DNA of 64,000 nt from Octopus sinensis. Its lineage: Eukaryota. Position numbers and translations under genes: made by a program. This document shows, piece by piece, positions 43,728 to 56,539 of this stretch; within the stretch, counting starts at the first letter, position 1, and each line of letters starts with the position of its first letter. The DNA lies in NCBI RefSeq assembly GCF_006345805.1, contig NC_043005.1, forward strand, positions 22,506,001 to 22,570,000. The letters are read 5' to 3'. The notes beneath the pieces were generated by a model. It had not been told where the DNA came from and searched no databases. It worked only from the letters and a program-made list of their open reading frames with translations.

Positions 43728-44094
43728 GAGTATGACGTCAGGCAATTTTGATTTTCAGTTCGAATCGCACGTGTCTCGAGATGGGCTAGAGAGTTTCTAT
43801 TTTGGATATATTTGGGGTACTTAATTGTGCTCATGACTGTGTTCACTTCTTCCATGGGTATAAGTAAGTATTTCACTTATTTCTTTGCCGCATTTATCAC
43901 TGATGAAGGGAAGGTTCTTATGAAATAACTCTGAAATCGGTCCGATATAGTAATAACGGGATTTTTTAGAAATTTCTGTCGTCTTTCTTCGAGACGCGTG
44001 CTTGTAGTGATAAATTACATGGTTATTGACGTTGTGTCAATTTTCGGCATATTTTGGCATTAGAAATTTATTCTTTTGCCCTTACTTATAAATT

Positions 44095-44209
<115 letters not shown>

Positions 44210-44224
44210 TATATACATATATCT

Positions 44225-44530
44225 CTCTATATATATATAAAACTGAGAATGTGTGTCTGTCTGTCTGTCTGTATGAATCCCTAAAACTTGAGAACTATAC
44301 AACCAATTTATTCAAATTTTACACATGCCTTACTTAGGGTCCATGTAGTGTCATGGGTAAAAACATTTTTAACTTCTTGCCTAGGGCGAGCCCACAGCAA
44401 TATCATATCTTCTCCACTATTCCAGTATTACGTGTTAAAAGTGAAAGAAAAACATCTCTCTATTGTAATGTCAGATACTTTCACTTTAATACTGAAACTA
44501 TTGAAGTCAAACTATTATATAAGAGGGATG
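44225..44530 (+). mobile_element. 5' part of a non-autonomous Helitron-like repeat
   Basis: TCTATATATATATAAAACTGAGAATGTGTGTCTGTC resembles the 5' ends at 51087, 51591 and 52107. No 3' terminus identified. Confidence 0.5.
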
Positions 44531-44909
44531 AACCATTAACAGTGGACATCCATTTGCTAGAAGAAGATCCGCTATGGTCTTATATGCTACACCACTGGTT
44601 TTCAATTCATGTTAATCAAATTAATATTCAATTTCTCACCCTTATTATTTTAAATTTAAATTTAAGCCCAGGACCATATGTTTTGGAACGACGTTTGTTA
44701 CCACACAGCCACACCTGCACCTATGTATGTGTGTATGTGTGTATGTGTGTATAGCTGTATATGTATACATTTATTTCTATACATATAGATGTATATGTAT
44801 ACATGTATATGTGTAGATGTATATATATATAGATGTACATGTAACATGTACACATATATATTCACAAATATACATGCATACATATATACACACATACACA
44901 CACACATAC

Positions 44910-45261
44910 ATAGGTGCAGATGTGGATGTGTGGTAACAAATTTCGTTCCAAAACACATGGTCCTGGGTTCAGTCCCACTGTGTGGTGACTTGGCATGTGT
45001 CTTCTGCTATAGCCTCATACCAACCAAAGCCTTGTCAGTGGATTTTGTAGAAAGAAACTGAAAGAAATCAATCGTATATATATGTATGTATATATGTAAG
45101 TCTGTGTGTGTGTCTTTGTGTTTCTCCCTCATCACCGCCTCACAACTGGTGTTTATTTACATCCCCATAACTTACTTATAGAATAAGTACCAAGCTTATC
45201 AAAATGAAAAACAACCACTAGGCAGTATCTCATATTTTTGTTTGCCCACACAATTTATCTT

Positions 45262-45294
<33 letters not shown>

Positions 45295-45571
45295 CTATAT
45301 ATATATATATATATGGATTTCGTAGACAGAAACTTAAAGAAATCAATCGTATATATATGTATGTATATATTTAAGTGTATGTTTGTGACTTTCTGTGTTT
45401 CACCCTCATCACTGCTTCACAGCTGCTGTTCGTTTATTTACATCCCCATAACTTACTGATTTCACAAGAAGAAACTAATAGAATAAGTACCAGGCTTATC
45501 AACATAAAAAAGCACTACGCTGTGTCTCATATTTTTGTTTGCCCACTCAGTTGTATCTATCAATTTATCTT

Positions 45572-45600
<29 letters not shown>
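44910..45600 (+). mobile_element. SINE family A with a tandemly duplicated body
   Basis: Head at about 44912. 45040-45300 and 45315-45600 are diverged copies separated by (TA)n. Confidence 0.7.
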
Positions 45601-45640
<40 letters not shown>

Positions 45641-45654
45641 CACACACACACACG

Positions 45655-45692
<38 letters not shown>

Positions 45693-45895
45693 ACAAAAGG
45701 GAAAGAATTTACTTCAAAAAATTTGTAGAAACATAGAAACGATAAGAATGACGTTTGAATAACTAGCTTTCGGCGCTATAATTCTGTTAGACATTCAACG
45801 GCCATTCAGAAGGTCAGCTCACTCTCATTAATCTCTAATGGCAGAGAGAAGAAAACAGAAGACTGTAAATCTAAATTTTAAAATACTGATTTTTC

Positions 45896-46672
45896 TGCGA
45901 CTAAAAATTCTTCAGGGCAGTACCCCAGCATGGCCACAGTCTAATGACTGAAACAAGTAAGAAAATAAAATAAAAATTCTGGGATCGATATAATCGACTA
46001 AAAATTCCTCAAAGCCGTGCCCCAGCATGGCAAGTAGCCCAATAACTGAAACAACTAAAAGCATTTTTAGATTATAAAAAAAAACGAAAAATAACCAAAA
46101 ATATAACTGGGGGTTTTGTCTGCTTTTGCACTTTAACTAAGGGGTTTTGTCCGATTGCCTTTTGTCTGGATCCTGACAAATAAATATAAATGTTATACAA
46201 TTCTCAATCAAATTATTGATGAGTTGGTCTTTTTTAATTTTTAGCAAATATTCTTCAAGGGGGTGCCCCAGCATGGCCGCAGTCTAATGGCTGAAACAAG
46301 TAAGAAAATTAAAAATAACCGATACAGTCGACTAAAATTTCAGCAGTGTGATGACTGAGACAAGTAAAACAAAGAAATTGGGTGCGGTGGGGGCGATACA
46401 TTCGGCTAAAAATTCCTCAAGGCGGTGCCACAGCATGGCCACAGACCAATGACTGAAGCAAGCAAAAATTTTTTTTAGAAATATAAAAGAACGAAACATA
46501 ACCCAAAAAGATATCTGACGAGGTTTTGTTTGCTTTCGCACTTTAAGAGGGTTTTGTCCGAAGGGTTTTTGTCTGAGGGGGTTTTGTCCGGATCCCGACA
46601 AATACATATAAATGTTATACAATTCTTATACAAATTATTGATGAGTCGTTCTGTTTTTTAATTTTTAGCAAA
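45896..46672 (+). repeat. Diverged ~400-bp tandem duplication containing multiple SINE A 3' ends and ggttttgtc motifs
   Basis: ccagcatggcc...actgaaacaag-like tails recur several times. gacaaata(a/c)atataaatgttatacaattct...aattattgatgagt occurs at about 46175 and 46597. Confidence 0.75.
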
Positions 46673-47655
46673 TGGATGTAATTATCGAACGAACAAAATT
46701 CAATAGCGATTGCAACTTAGGGTCTATATATATTCATATAAATATATATACATTTATAAACATGTAATAATGTGCATTATACATATGTTTGACATGTTAG
46801 TGGGATTTTCTTTGTTTTTAATTGAGAAAAAGTACGGAGGACAAAAGCTGGTTTGTCCCCTGTTCCTGTAAAGTGGGGGAGACTTGTCTCCTGGTAGCCC
46901 GCTGAAATAAGGTCCTTGAGTACATAACTGGCACTCAACTTATTTTATTAACCGTAGAGTGACGAAAGGGAAATTTAACTGTTGTAGGATTTGATCATAG
47001 ACCATAGAGGTGTGAAACACTCTAGGATAGATAGGATAAACGAAACGCTCATTTGTTTTGGTTAATAATCACAATTTATAACTTAGCCACAAGTTCACAA
47101 ATTTAAGGAAAGGAACAGTCGAATAAACTAATCTCCATTATTAGACATGTTTAATCTACCTGAATATGATGCAAACTCAATGTTAAAGAATTTACTTAAA
47201 AACTCGTGAAGAATTTTTGCGTCCAACACTTTACTAATTCTACCAACCACCGTCATCAAACTAAGTCTGAAATTTAGGGGAATTGAGTCAATCATTTAGA
47301 TCAACCCCAGTATTTGATTGTTTCTTTATTTTATCGACATCGAAAGCATGAAAGTCAAAATTAACCTCGATGGGATTTGAACTCAGAACGTAAAGAGTCA
47401 GAACCAATACCACAAATCCTTTTTTTTTTTCTCCGACGCTCCAACAATTCTACCTGATCACCACATTATTAATAATGGTTTCAAACGATGACGCAAGGTC
47501 GGCAATTTTCAAGATAGGGGTTAGTTCCAGTACTTGATTAATATCTAATATTATCGCCCCTGAAAAAATGTAGGCAAAGCCGAACTTGGAAGAATTTGTA
47601 CTCAGAAGGTAAAAAAGCCAGGAGAAATGCTGCTAACCATTTTTTTTTTATATAT

Positions 47656-47888
47656 CCTATTTCTTTACTACCCACAAGGGGCTAAACACAGAGGGGACAA
47701 ACAAGGACAGACAAACGGATTAAGTCGATTATATCGACCACACTGCGTAACTGGTACTTATTTAATCGACCCTGAAAGGATGAAAGGCAAAGTCGACCCC
47801 GGCGGAATTTGAACTCAGAATGTAGCGACAGACGAAATACTGCTGAGCATTTCGCCCGGCGTGCTAATGTTTCTGCCAGCTCGCTGCT
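47656..47888 (-). mobile_element. tRNA-derived SINE, family B (full length)
   Basis: Minus-strand head GCAGCGAGCTGGCAGAAAC and B-box-like GAGTTCAAATTCC. Older copies lie at about 8450-8720, 47280-47620, 58620-59000 and 61906-62110. Confidence 0.85.
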
Positions 47889-50692
47889 ATAAATAACAAC
47901 AACAACATCAATAATAATAATAATAATAGAAGCACAAGATCTGGAATTTAGAAACAGCCTATAGTTAATCGTGTTTAATGTTGTCAGTATAAATTGAATT
48001 TTATTTAAGAGCAAGTCAATACTTGTGATTTTAGTTTTGATCACGTGATTTTGATTGTCTCGATTGCTGTTATATGCCTGCAGTGCGACTGCGCGGAGTT
48101 CTGTTCTGTTTGCAGCACGACGTGTTCTGCGTTGATTTTAGTCTAGAATGTAGCAACTCGCTGCATAAAAATGTTATTGCGTTGAAGTTTGGTTTTGCTT
48201 ACAATTTAGCAATCTTTGTTTGTATTGTATATTATTATTCGAGTTTTTATTGTATTTCGATATTCGAGTTTGGGTTTATAGCAATTTAAGCGACTATATA
48301 TAGCTAGAGAGAGAGAGCGAGAGAAAATGTACAGCAAATTTATAAAACCAAATTTGTTCACCGCTAATCCAAGTTCGAGTCAAGCTTCGAAAGAATGGAA
48401 ATATTGGTTCACAACTTAAAAAACATTTTTAGTATCATGCCCTGCTGAACCGCCTATCACGGATGAAAGCAAACTTAAGTGTTTAATAGCGCACATAGAT
48501 AAAGACACTTACGAACTCATATGTGAATGTGAGAATTACTCAGAAGCAATTGAAACTCTGGAGAGAATGTACGTGAAACCATTGAACATTATTTTTGCGA
48601 GATACCTTTTAATGACATGCAAACAAGAACCAGGTCAATCAGTTGACGACTATTTACAGAAATTGAAACGACTAGCTAAAGATTGCGGGTACAGAGCTGT
48701 AGACGCTGAGACTCACAAAAATGAAGCTGTTCGTGACGCATTTATCTCGGGATTAACGTCATCTTTAACTCGCCTTAGACTTTTAGAAAATATTCAAGAT
48801 GCGGCGATAACTTTAGAAGCGATATTTAACCAAGCCCGTCCGCTGGAAGTTGCTCAAAGGAATTCCGAAGTGTATAATAGCAGTCAGTCTGCTATAAACA
48901 GCCAGGGAAGCTGTTTGTCAACGTTTATTCCACGTGAAGAAGACAAAATCTCAATTCCTGACGGAAACACACCTTGTATAGCGACAAAACGAACTCAAAA
49001 ATCCTGTACCTTTTGCGGATCTAATGAATTTCATCCGAGGTTTAAATGTCCTGCTAGGCGGAGCAAGTGTTACAAATGTAGATTTTTTGTCATTTTGCTA
49101 AAGAATGCCGGTCAAGTAACCGTAAAAATTTCGATAAGACATCAGCAGCTCTTGATGATGGCAACTTCGCCGCGGCTTTATGTCAAGTTGGAGTTACTAC
49201 TAAAGTTAATTATACAATAACAGTCGATGGCGTGAAAGCATTTGCTTTGATTGATACCGGCTCTACTATGAATCATATTAGCAAAGACTTTGCAAAGAAA
49301 AACAAATTGGTGGTGAAGTCTGAAAGGAATGAAATTAACATGGCTGTCAATGGAAATCGTTCCCAAAGCACGGTTATTGTATGAGTTCATTTGAACTTCA
49401 CGGAAGAATTTACGAGCAAGTAAATCTAGTGGTACTTAGTAATTTGTTTGTAGATATAATTTTAAGACAACATTTCTTAAAACAGCATCAACATGTACAA
49501 ATATCATAGACGGCGATATGCCCCCGTTACATTTGGGAGCTTTAAAGAGCATTAAAAGTAACATTACACGTAGGTTGTTTGAAAATTTAAACACTGACTG
49601 TAAACCCATAGTTACGAAATCGAGAAGACAGTCCGCCAATAATGAAAAAAATATTGCTGATACTTTAAGCCGAGATCTGGTAGAAGAGGTAATTGAACCG
49701 AGTGTTTCTCCCTGGCGAGCCCAGGTATTGGTAATATCGAGAGAAAATCATCGCAAGAGACTGTGTATTGATTATAGTGAGACTATAAATAAGTTTACGC
49801 AATTAGATGGATATCCACTGCCAAATATGCATGACATGGTCACAAAAATAGCTCAGGTAAATTATTTTAGCACACTAGATCTCAAATGCGTATCATCAAG
49901 TTGAGATTCCAGTTGAAGATTGACATTATACGGCTTTCAAAGCGCAGGGAAAATTATATCAACGCAAACGTATTGCTTTCGGACTTACAAATGTAGAGTG
50001 ATCGATAATATAATCGAAAGCCATAATTGTAGAGCTACTTTTGCATATATCGACAACATAACTGTGTGTGGTAAATCGAAGGAAGAACATGATCGAAAGT
50101 TAAAACATTTTCTTCAAGTTGCTAAGGACTGTAATTTAACTTTTAATGATACCAAATGCATTTACAGCACTACGCGGATTCGATTGCTTGGCTATGAAAT
50201 TCAAAATGGTAACTTAAAACCTGACCCTGACCGGGTAAAATCCTTACTAGAACTACCTATTCCTAGTACCCACAAAGCATTGAGTCGAATTGTTGGTCTA
50301 TTTGCGTATTATTCTAAATGGATTCCCAAATTCTCTGACATGATAAAAACTGTTGGTTGATACTAAATATTTTCCTTTGAGTGAACTAGCCTAGTCAAGT
50401 TTAAAAACTTTACGAGATGATTTAGCAAACGCTACTTTAAAAGTGATTGATGAAAGCCTTCCTTTCTCAATAGAAACAGATGCATCGGAGGTAGCTATAT
50501 CTGGCATTTTACACCCAAACGGAAAGCCAGATGCATGTTTTTCAAGAACCCTCAACCCAAATGAGTGTCGTTATTCTTGTATTGAAAAAGAGGCGACAGC
50601 GATTGTAGAATCTGTGAGAAAATGGTCTCATTTTCTTCTTGGACGTAACTTCACACTAATAACTGATCAAAACAGTGTGGCTTTATGTTTAA

Positions 50693-52107
50693 CTGGCAGT
50701 ATCGCCCGGCGTTGCTCGGGTTTGTAAGGGAAATAACTAAAAAGCATTTTTAGAGAGTTATAGCCAAAAAATAGGAAAAAAATGCATTAAAAATGGAAAA
50801 AAAATTATAGTAAATTTTTTTAAATCGTTGACTCATCGTAGACATTTTTAGAGAGTTACTTCCCTTATATAATAGCAAAAAAATGCATTAAAATGGAAAA
50901 AAATGATGGTAAATTATTTTTAAAATCGTAGACTCATCGTAGACGCGCGCTAATACCCAGAAGGGCTCGATATGAATCACGACTATAAGATACCCGGTTT
51001 TGGTTAAACTGCACCGCAAAATGTGGGAGTAGTTAGGAATCTAAATCGTAGGAGACAGACACACAACTTCACTTTTATATATAAAGATTTGTGCAACAAC
51101 TAAAACATTCGGTCGTGAAAGTGTGACTGCGCATGCGTGAAAGTTTGACTGCGCATGCGCGAAAGTGTGACTGCGATTGTTCGAAATTTTGCTTGCGCAT
51201 GCGCGAACGTGACTGCGCATGCGCGAAAGTGTGACTGCGCATGCGCGAACGTGTGACTGCGCATGCGCGACACGTTCGCGCATGCGCAGTCACACTTTAC
51301 GAGAGGGTGGAAGGGGGGAGAAACAACACAGGTGCAGGTGTGAGCATGGACGCCAACTCCGCCGCCATCGACACACGAAAAAATTGGAAGAAATAGAAAA
51401 AAATGATGTTAAATTATTTTTAAAATCGTAGACTCATCGTAGACGCGCGCTAATACCCAGACGGGCTCGATATGAATCACGACTATAAGATACCCGAATT
51501 TGGTTAAACTGCACCGCAAAATGTGGGAGTAGTTAGGAATCTAAATCGTAGGAGACAGACACTCACACAACTTCACTTTTATATATATAGACTAGCAGTA
51601 TCGCCCGGCGTTGCTCGGGTTTGTAAGGGAAATAACTATATAAGCATTTTTAGAGAGTTACTTCCCTTATAGATGCCAATTCGGGCTTTCTTAGCCATTT
51701 CTGTTTTGGTGTCTTCAAGCCATGAAGTCGTTGTTCTAAAAGAACGCTGGTCTCCTTGACAACGCTTTACGACGTTGATTTCCATACACTCCCTTCCCCA
51801 CAGCTTCACGAGGGAGGGAAGAAGGGGGAGAAGCAAACACAGGGCAGGTGTTTGAGCGTGGACGCCAACTCCGCCGCCATCGACACACGAAAAATTATGC
51901 ATTAAAATGGAATAAAAAATGATGTTAAATTATTTTTAAAATCGTAGACTCATCGTAGACGCGCGCTAATAGCCAGACGGGCTCGATATTAATCACGACT
52001 ATAAGATACCCGAATTTGGTTAAACTGCACCGCAAAATGTGGGAGGAGTTAGGAATCTAAATCGAAGGGGACAGACACTCACACAACTACAGTTTTATAT
52101 ATATAGA
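50693..52107 (-). mobile_element. Composite/tandem non-autonomous Helitron (three 5' ends, two 3' ends)
   Basis: Minus-strand 5' TC(T/A)TATATA termini at 52107, 51591 and 51087. 3' CCCGAGCAACGCCGGGCGATACTGC(T/C)AG termini at 51592 and 50693. Inserted between host A and T with no TSD. Confidence 0.88.
51121..51295. repeat. ~22-bp minisatellite gtgtgactgcgcatgcgcgaa(a/c) ending in a 20-bp perfect hairpin
   Basis: Six GCGCATGCGC plus one GCGCATGCGT. 51251-51270 and 51276-51295 are exact reverse complements. Confidence 0.92.
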
Positions 52108-52659
52108 TTGTCAAAAGCGCAGTAAACCTAAAAACGAAAAAATTATGCGTTGGCGAATCGAATTAGCCCAGTATAAATTTGATATCATTTACCGCCAAGG
52201 CAAGTTTAATGTTGCATCTGATACTTTATCGCGTACTTATTGCACAGCTACGACTGATAATGAACTGTATTGTATTCATGAAGCGCTGTGTCATCCTGGA
52301 ATCATACGATTGTTTCATTATATTAAAGTTAAGAATCTATCTTACTCTGTAGATGATGTAAAGCGTATAACTAAAAATTGTGTAATATGTTGTGAGGTGA
52401 AGCCTCGCTTTATAAAACCTCTGTTTCGTCAGTAATTAAATCTACTCAAGCTTTTGAAAGATTGAGTGTTGATTTTAAAGAGAGAGAGAAAACAGATTTT
52501 TAAAATTTCGTCCTTTTAATGAGTGGCTGAGAGGCAAAAACAGACATATAGGGGTTGTTATGTATGTATGTGTGAATGGCTTCTGTCACACACACACACA
52601 CACACACGAACATGTATGCGTACAAAACACATGTATGCAATGTGTGTGAGTGTGTGTGT

Positions 52660-53130
<471 letters not shown>

Positions 53131-53779
53131 CCATATATACTTAGTTGTGATCTGAACATAACCGCTTCTCACACAGAAGGTCGGGGGCCCTTTTGGGCGT
53201 TCAATTTTCTTTACTGGAAGGGTTCCCAACCCATGGGCAAAGGGGGGGGGTTACATGATGTATGGCCTAACTACATCATCCTATAAATACTATCTCCTCT
53301 TGCTCAGTCCAAGCAAAAAAAATATGCACAGACATCTCAGAAGTAATTAGACTACACACATTATAACATTTTAACAGTGTGGATATTACTCATAAGTACA
53401 ATCCCCCAAATCGTTAAATAATTTTGAAAAACTGCATAAATCATGTCTACCAAATATTTGATTAATTATTTAAAAGCATCAAATGACATTAGTTTGTTTT
53501 GAGAAATAAATCTTTCAAATATGATAATGTCTATTTACTTTAGAAATGTCTATGTATATACAAAACTTTGAGAAAGTAACACATAAATAGATTTACAATC
53601 TACTAACTAAAAATATTGAACACCTCACAGCAGAATTTAAACAACACTATTTACTATAAGCCTTGAAAACCTACAGTTTATTTTAACTTAAACTCTTTAT
53701 ATCAAAAAGGATTTGAACCTTTTCTTTCAAGATCTGTGTATGTAAAGATGTTTGCGTACATACAGTGAGAAACAGCAAC

Positions 53780-54200
53780 TATCATACTCTGATCAAGCCT
53801 GTAGTGCCCCCCTCAACAGCAGTAATACCCAGAATCTTCCACCTCCATGTCACCTTTTGTCTGGGTGGAATTTTGTCTTGTCTATGGCTTGCAACATGTT
53901 GTTCTATAAGAACTTCCAGTTTTCCTCTATGTTATGTCTCCATCACATCCTCATTTTTTGTGAAATTTTCCAACTTGAGTTTCTCTGAATTTTTGCTTAT
54001 TCAACAGTTCTTCAGGTTTCAATATCTTTCGTCTCCAACTTGTCTTGTGTCTCTGAGTTGACACAGCTCTTACTCTGAAGTCACTAGTTACTAAGCCATC
54101 TCCAGAGAAAGATTTAGCATTTACAACTATCAGCCTCTTCCATTTCCCCATGAGTATGAAATCCTGTGTGTTCACTTGTTTGTAGAAAATCAAATGATTT
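53780..54200 (-). mobile_element. RTE-like LINE fragment (end of endonuclease and linker)
   Basis: QDFILMGKWKRLIVVNAKSFSG...VTSDFRVRA resembles the QIDYIL..K....V...KV.PGE...QHRLVV region of RTE ORFs. Confidence 0.55.
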
Positions 54201-54929
54201 TAGTTGGTTTCTAGAAGTAAGTTGCAAATTATCAAGTGATTAAAGCTGGGCAGATGGATTTATTATACACAAATGGGGAATGTCATCCTTCTCCAAGGTA
54301 AAAACATCATGCTCAAATACATTATACCCAGCAATTTTCTCTTTTTATATTTTGTGCATGCGAGTGTGATAATGTTTATGTACAACATTTTTCTTTCCAC
54401 ATTTAACTTTTAAATATATGATATTAAAAAAATTTAATGTGAAAAGGCTTCCAATTCAGCCAGTGTAATTCATGTTTTAAATTGAATGAATGAATTGAAC
54501 AAAGTAGTTATAATAATGATTTTCACTATTGATACAAGTGAAACAATAACAGACCTCCATTACCAGGCATGACTATATGGTAAAAAAGATTGCTTCATTC
54601 TCAAGTAGTTTCAGGTTCAATTCCACTGCACAGAACTTTTGATAAATTTTAACCTCAAATGCTTTGTGAGAGTAATTTGGTCAATTAGACATCTCATCAA
54701 GCTCACCATGCGTGTATACATGTATCTTGTGTATTTGTGTTCAAGTGAGTGTTTGTCACAGCACCAGTTATCAGAACCAGAGTTGTATAAAGAAAAGTGT
54801 AACTTAGTGAATGATTCAACAAATTTATATCAATGGTACACCTCAGACTAAAATAAATACCTATGTCCATGATATCGACTAAAATCCTTCAAATTTGTAC
54901 CTCAGCCTTGTCACAATCTAATTACTGAA

Positions 54930-56090
54930 GTCAGTAAAAGAATAAAATAATATCTTGTAACTATACCAACCTCACGTGCGGTGACCCACACCTGCTCACC
55001 ATCCAGGTAGAGCCAGAGGTGCTTAAGCCTTAGCGCGAACATGCGCATCCTCAACCACGACATCTCTAGGCCACCCTTTAAAGGTTTTAGTAGCAGACAG
55101 AACGCCTTACAAGTGCTCCTCTTCTCTTCCACAAACAGTGGAATAGGAGTCGTTCCTGCCTCTTCAGTCACAAATCGGGACAAGGCACAAGAGTCAGGAG
55201 GTAGGTGATAACAGAAGCTATAAGCATCTGCGCCACCTCCACCTTTCCTAGCAGAGATAACGCCCTTCTAGACCAAGTCCAGGTCGGTACAGTTACCCTG
55301 CCTGTAACCTCGCTCCAATTCTTCTCTATCTGTAGTTCTGGACCGAACCACAACCCTTAATCGGACCTTCCGTCTAACATCCCACGACGTAATTGGGCAG
55401 CATCGACTTTCCCCTGCAGGTGCTGAGTTTCAGTTCGACTGACTTGACCTGCTTAATTACTGCTTCTGCCACCGTTTCGTATCTTTTGATAGCATTTTCT
55501 ACACTAGGTAGCTGCCCTTCATCGTACACGATGATGGTGTGTCATCCGCGTACGCGGTAGCTGCTCTTCCGCCCCATAGATCATGCGAAACGCACCCTAC
55601 CGCCTCCATCCTTTGCAGTAATTGCTCAAGGACCAGCATATACAAAAGTGGAATCAGGGGACATACCTCGCTGGCGAACTGGGCGCTCAGTATTGAACGA
55701 TAGACTCGACGTTACTGTACAAAGCAGCGATTCAGCCACAGAAAGTCAGGCCTAGCCCGGCAGCCCCGAGAACCGCGGCCAGGTACCGATGGTCGATCCT
55801 ATCAAATGCTTTAGACTGGTCTAAATGTACCAGTGCCCCACCTTTGCCAGAGATTTTACCCACCCTCTCTAAGGAGTAGCGTATGAGGTGAAGATTGTCA
55901 GGTATCGACCTGCCTGAGTTAGCGCAAGTCTGAGCTTCCCCAACAAGGCCTTCCACGATCCGCGCCAACGTCTTTGCTAGCACCGTGGCCAAAATCTTTA
56001 AGTTTGAGTTTAGCAGAGTTATGGGCCTAAATTTACTTACGATATTCCCCTTTCTAAAGTCACTTACAATATTCCCCCTTTCTGATCAGC
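54930..56090 (-). mobile_element. L1/Tx1-like ORF2 reverse transcriptase fragment
   Basis: FRPITLLNSNLKILATVLAK, GRSIPDNLHLIR, LDQSKAFDRIDH, YADDTTII. Confidence 0.85.
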
Positions 56091-56539
56091 ATCTCGACTT
56101 GCAGCTTTGAGAATTCTCCCATTCTGTGCTAGTTGGCATAGATGCTAACAGACCATAATTCACAATTATAGTAAATATTAGAATCTTCCCCGCGTAGGGG
56201 GAAAGAACACAAGTTCGAAAACAACATCTGCCAAGCAAGCAACAGTTTAACAAGGCAAACAATTCAAACAACAACACTTCAACAATACCTTTGAAAAGGA
56301 AAACTAAGAAAACATGACTTCTCGTTCAAATGAACTTGCCGCTCGTACGACACTATTCGCGTACCTTCGCTGTCTGACATTACCTATTGAGCCTGCCCAC
56401 AATTTTTTAGTAGTGGACCAGCCCACTTCTCACCTGGAGGCGTCCGTCACAATTTGAATCTGTATGGCACAAATAAGACATAAGCGAGTTCCTCGGTGAG
56501 CACGGTCTACTGTTTTAGTACTTTAGTACTGATACTAGA

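Larger units (their letters stand above)
48327..52480 (+). mobile_element. Degenerate Ty3/Gypsy element (gag, PR, RT, RNase H, partial integrase) interrupted by a Helitron insertion
   Basis: gag ...YLQKLKRLAKDC...VRDAFISGL with Cys/His knuckle region. Protease ALIDTGS. RT SPWRAQV, LCIDYS, YIDNI. RNase H ETDAS...EKEATAI. Integrase HEALCHPG...C..C, truncated near 52480. Confidence 0.92.

Noticed and set aside
51121-51295. CRISPR-like array
   Set aside because: The repeats are contiguous or nearly so, without unique equal-length spacers. The context is eukaryotic and there are no cas genes; it is a minisatellite.
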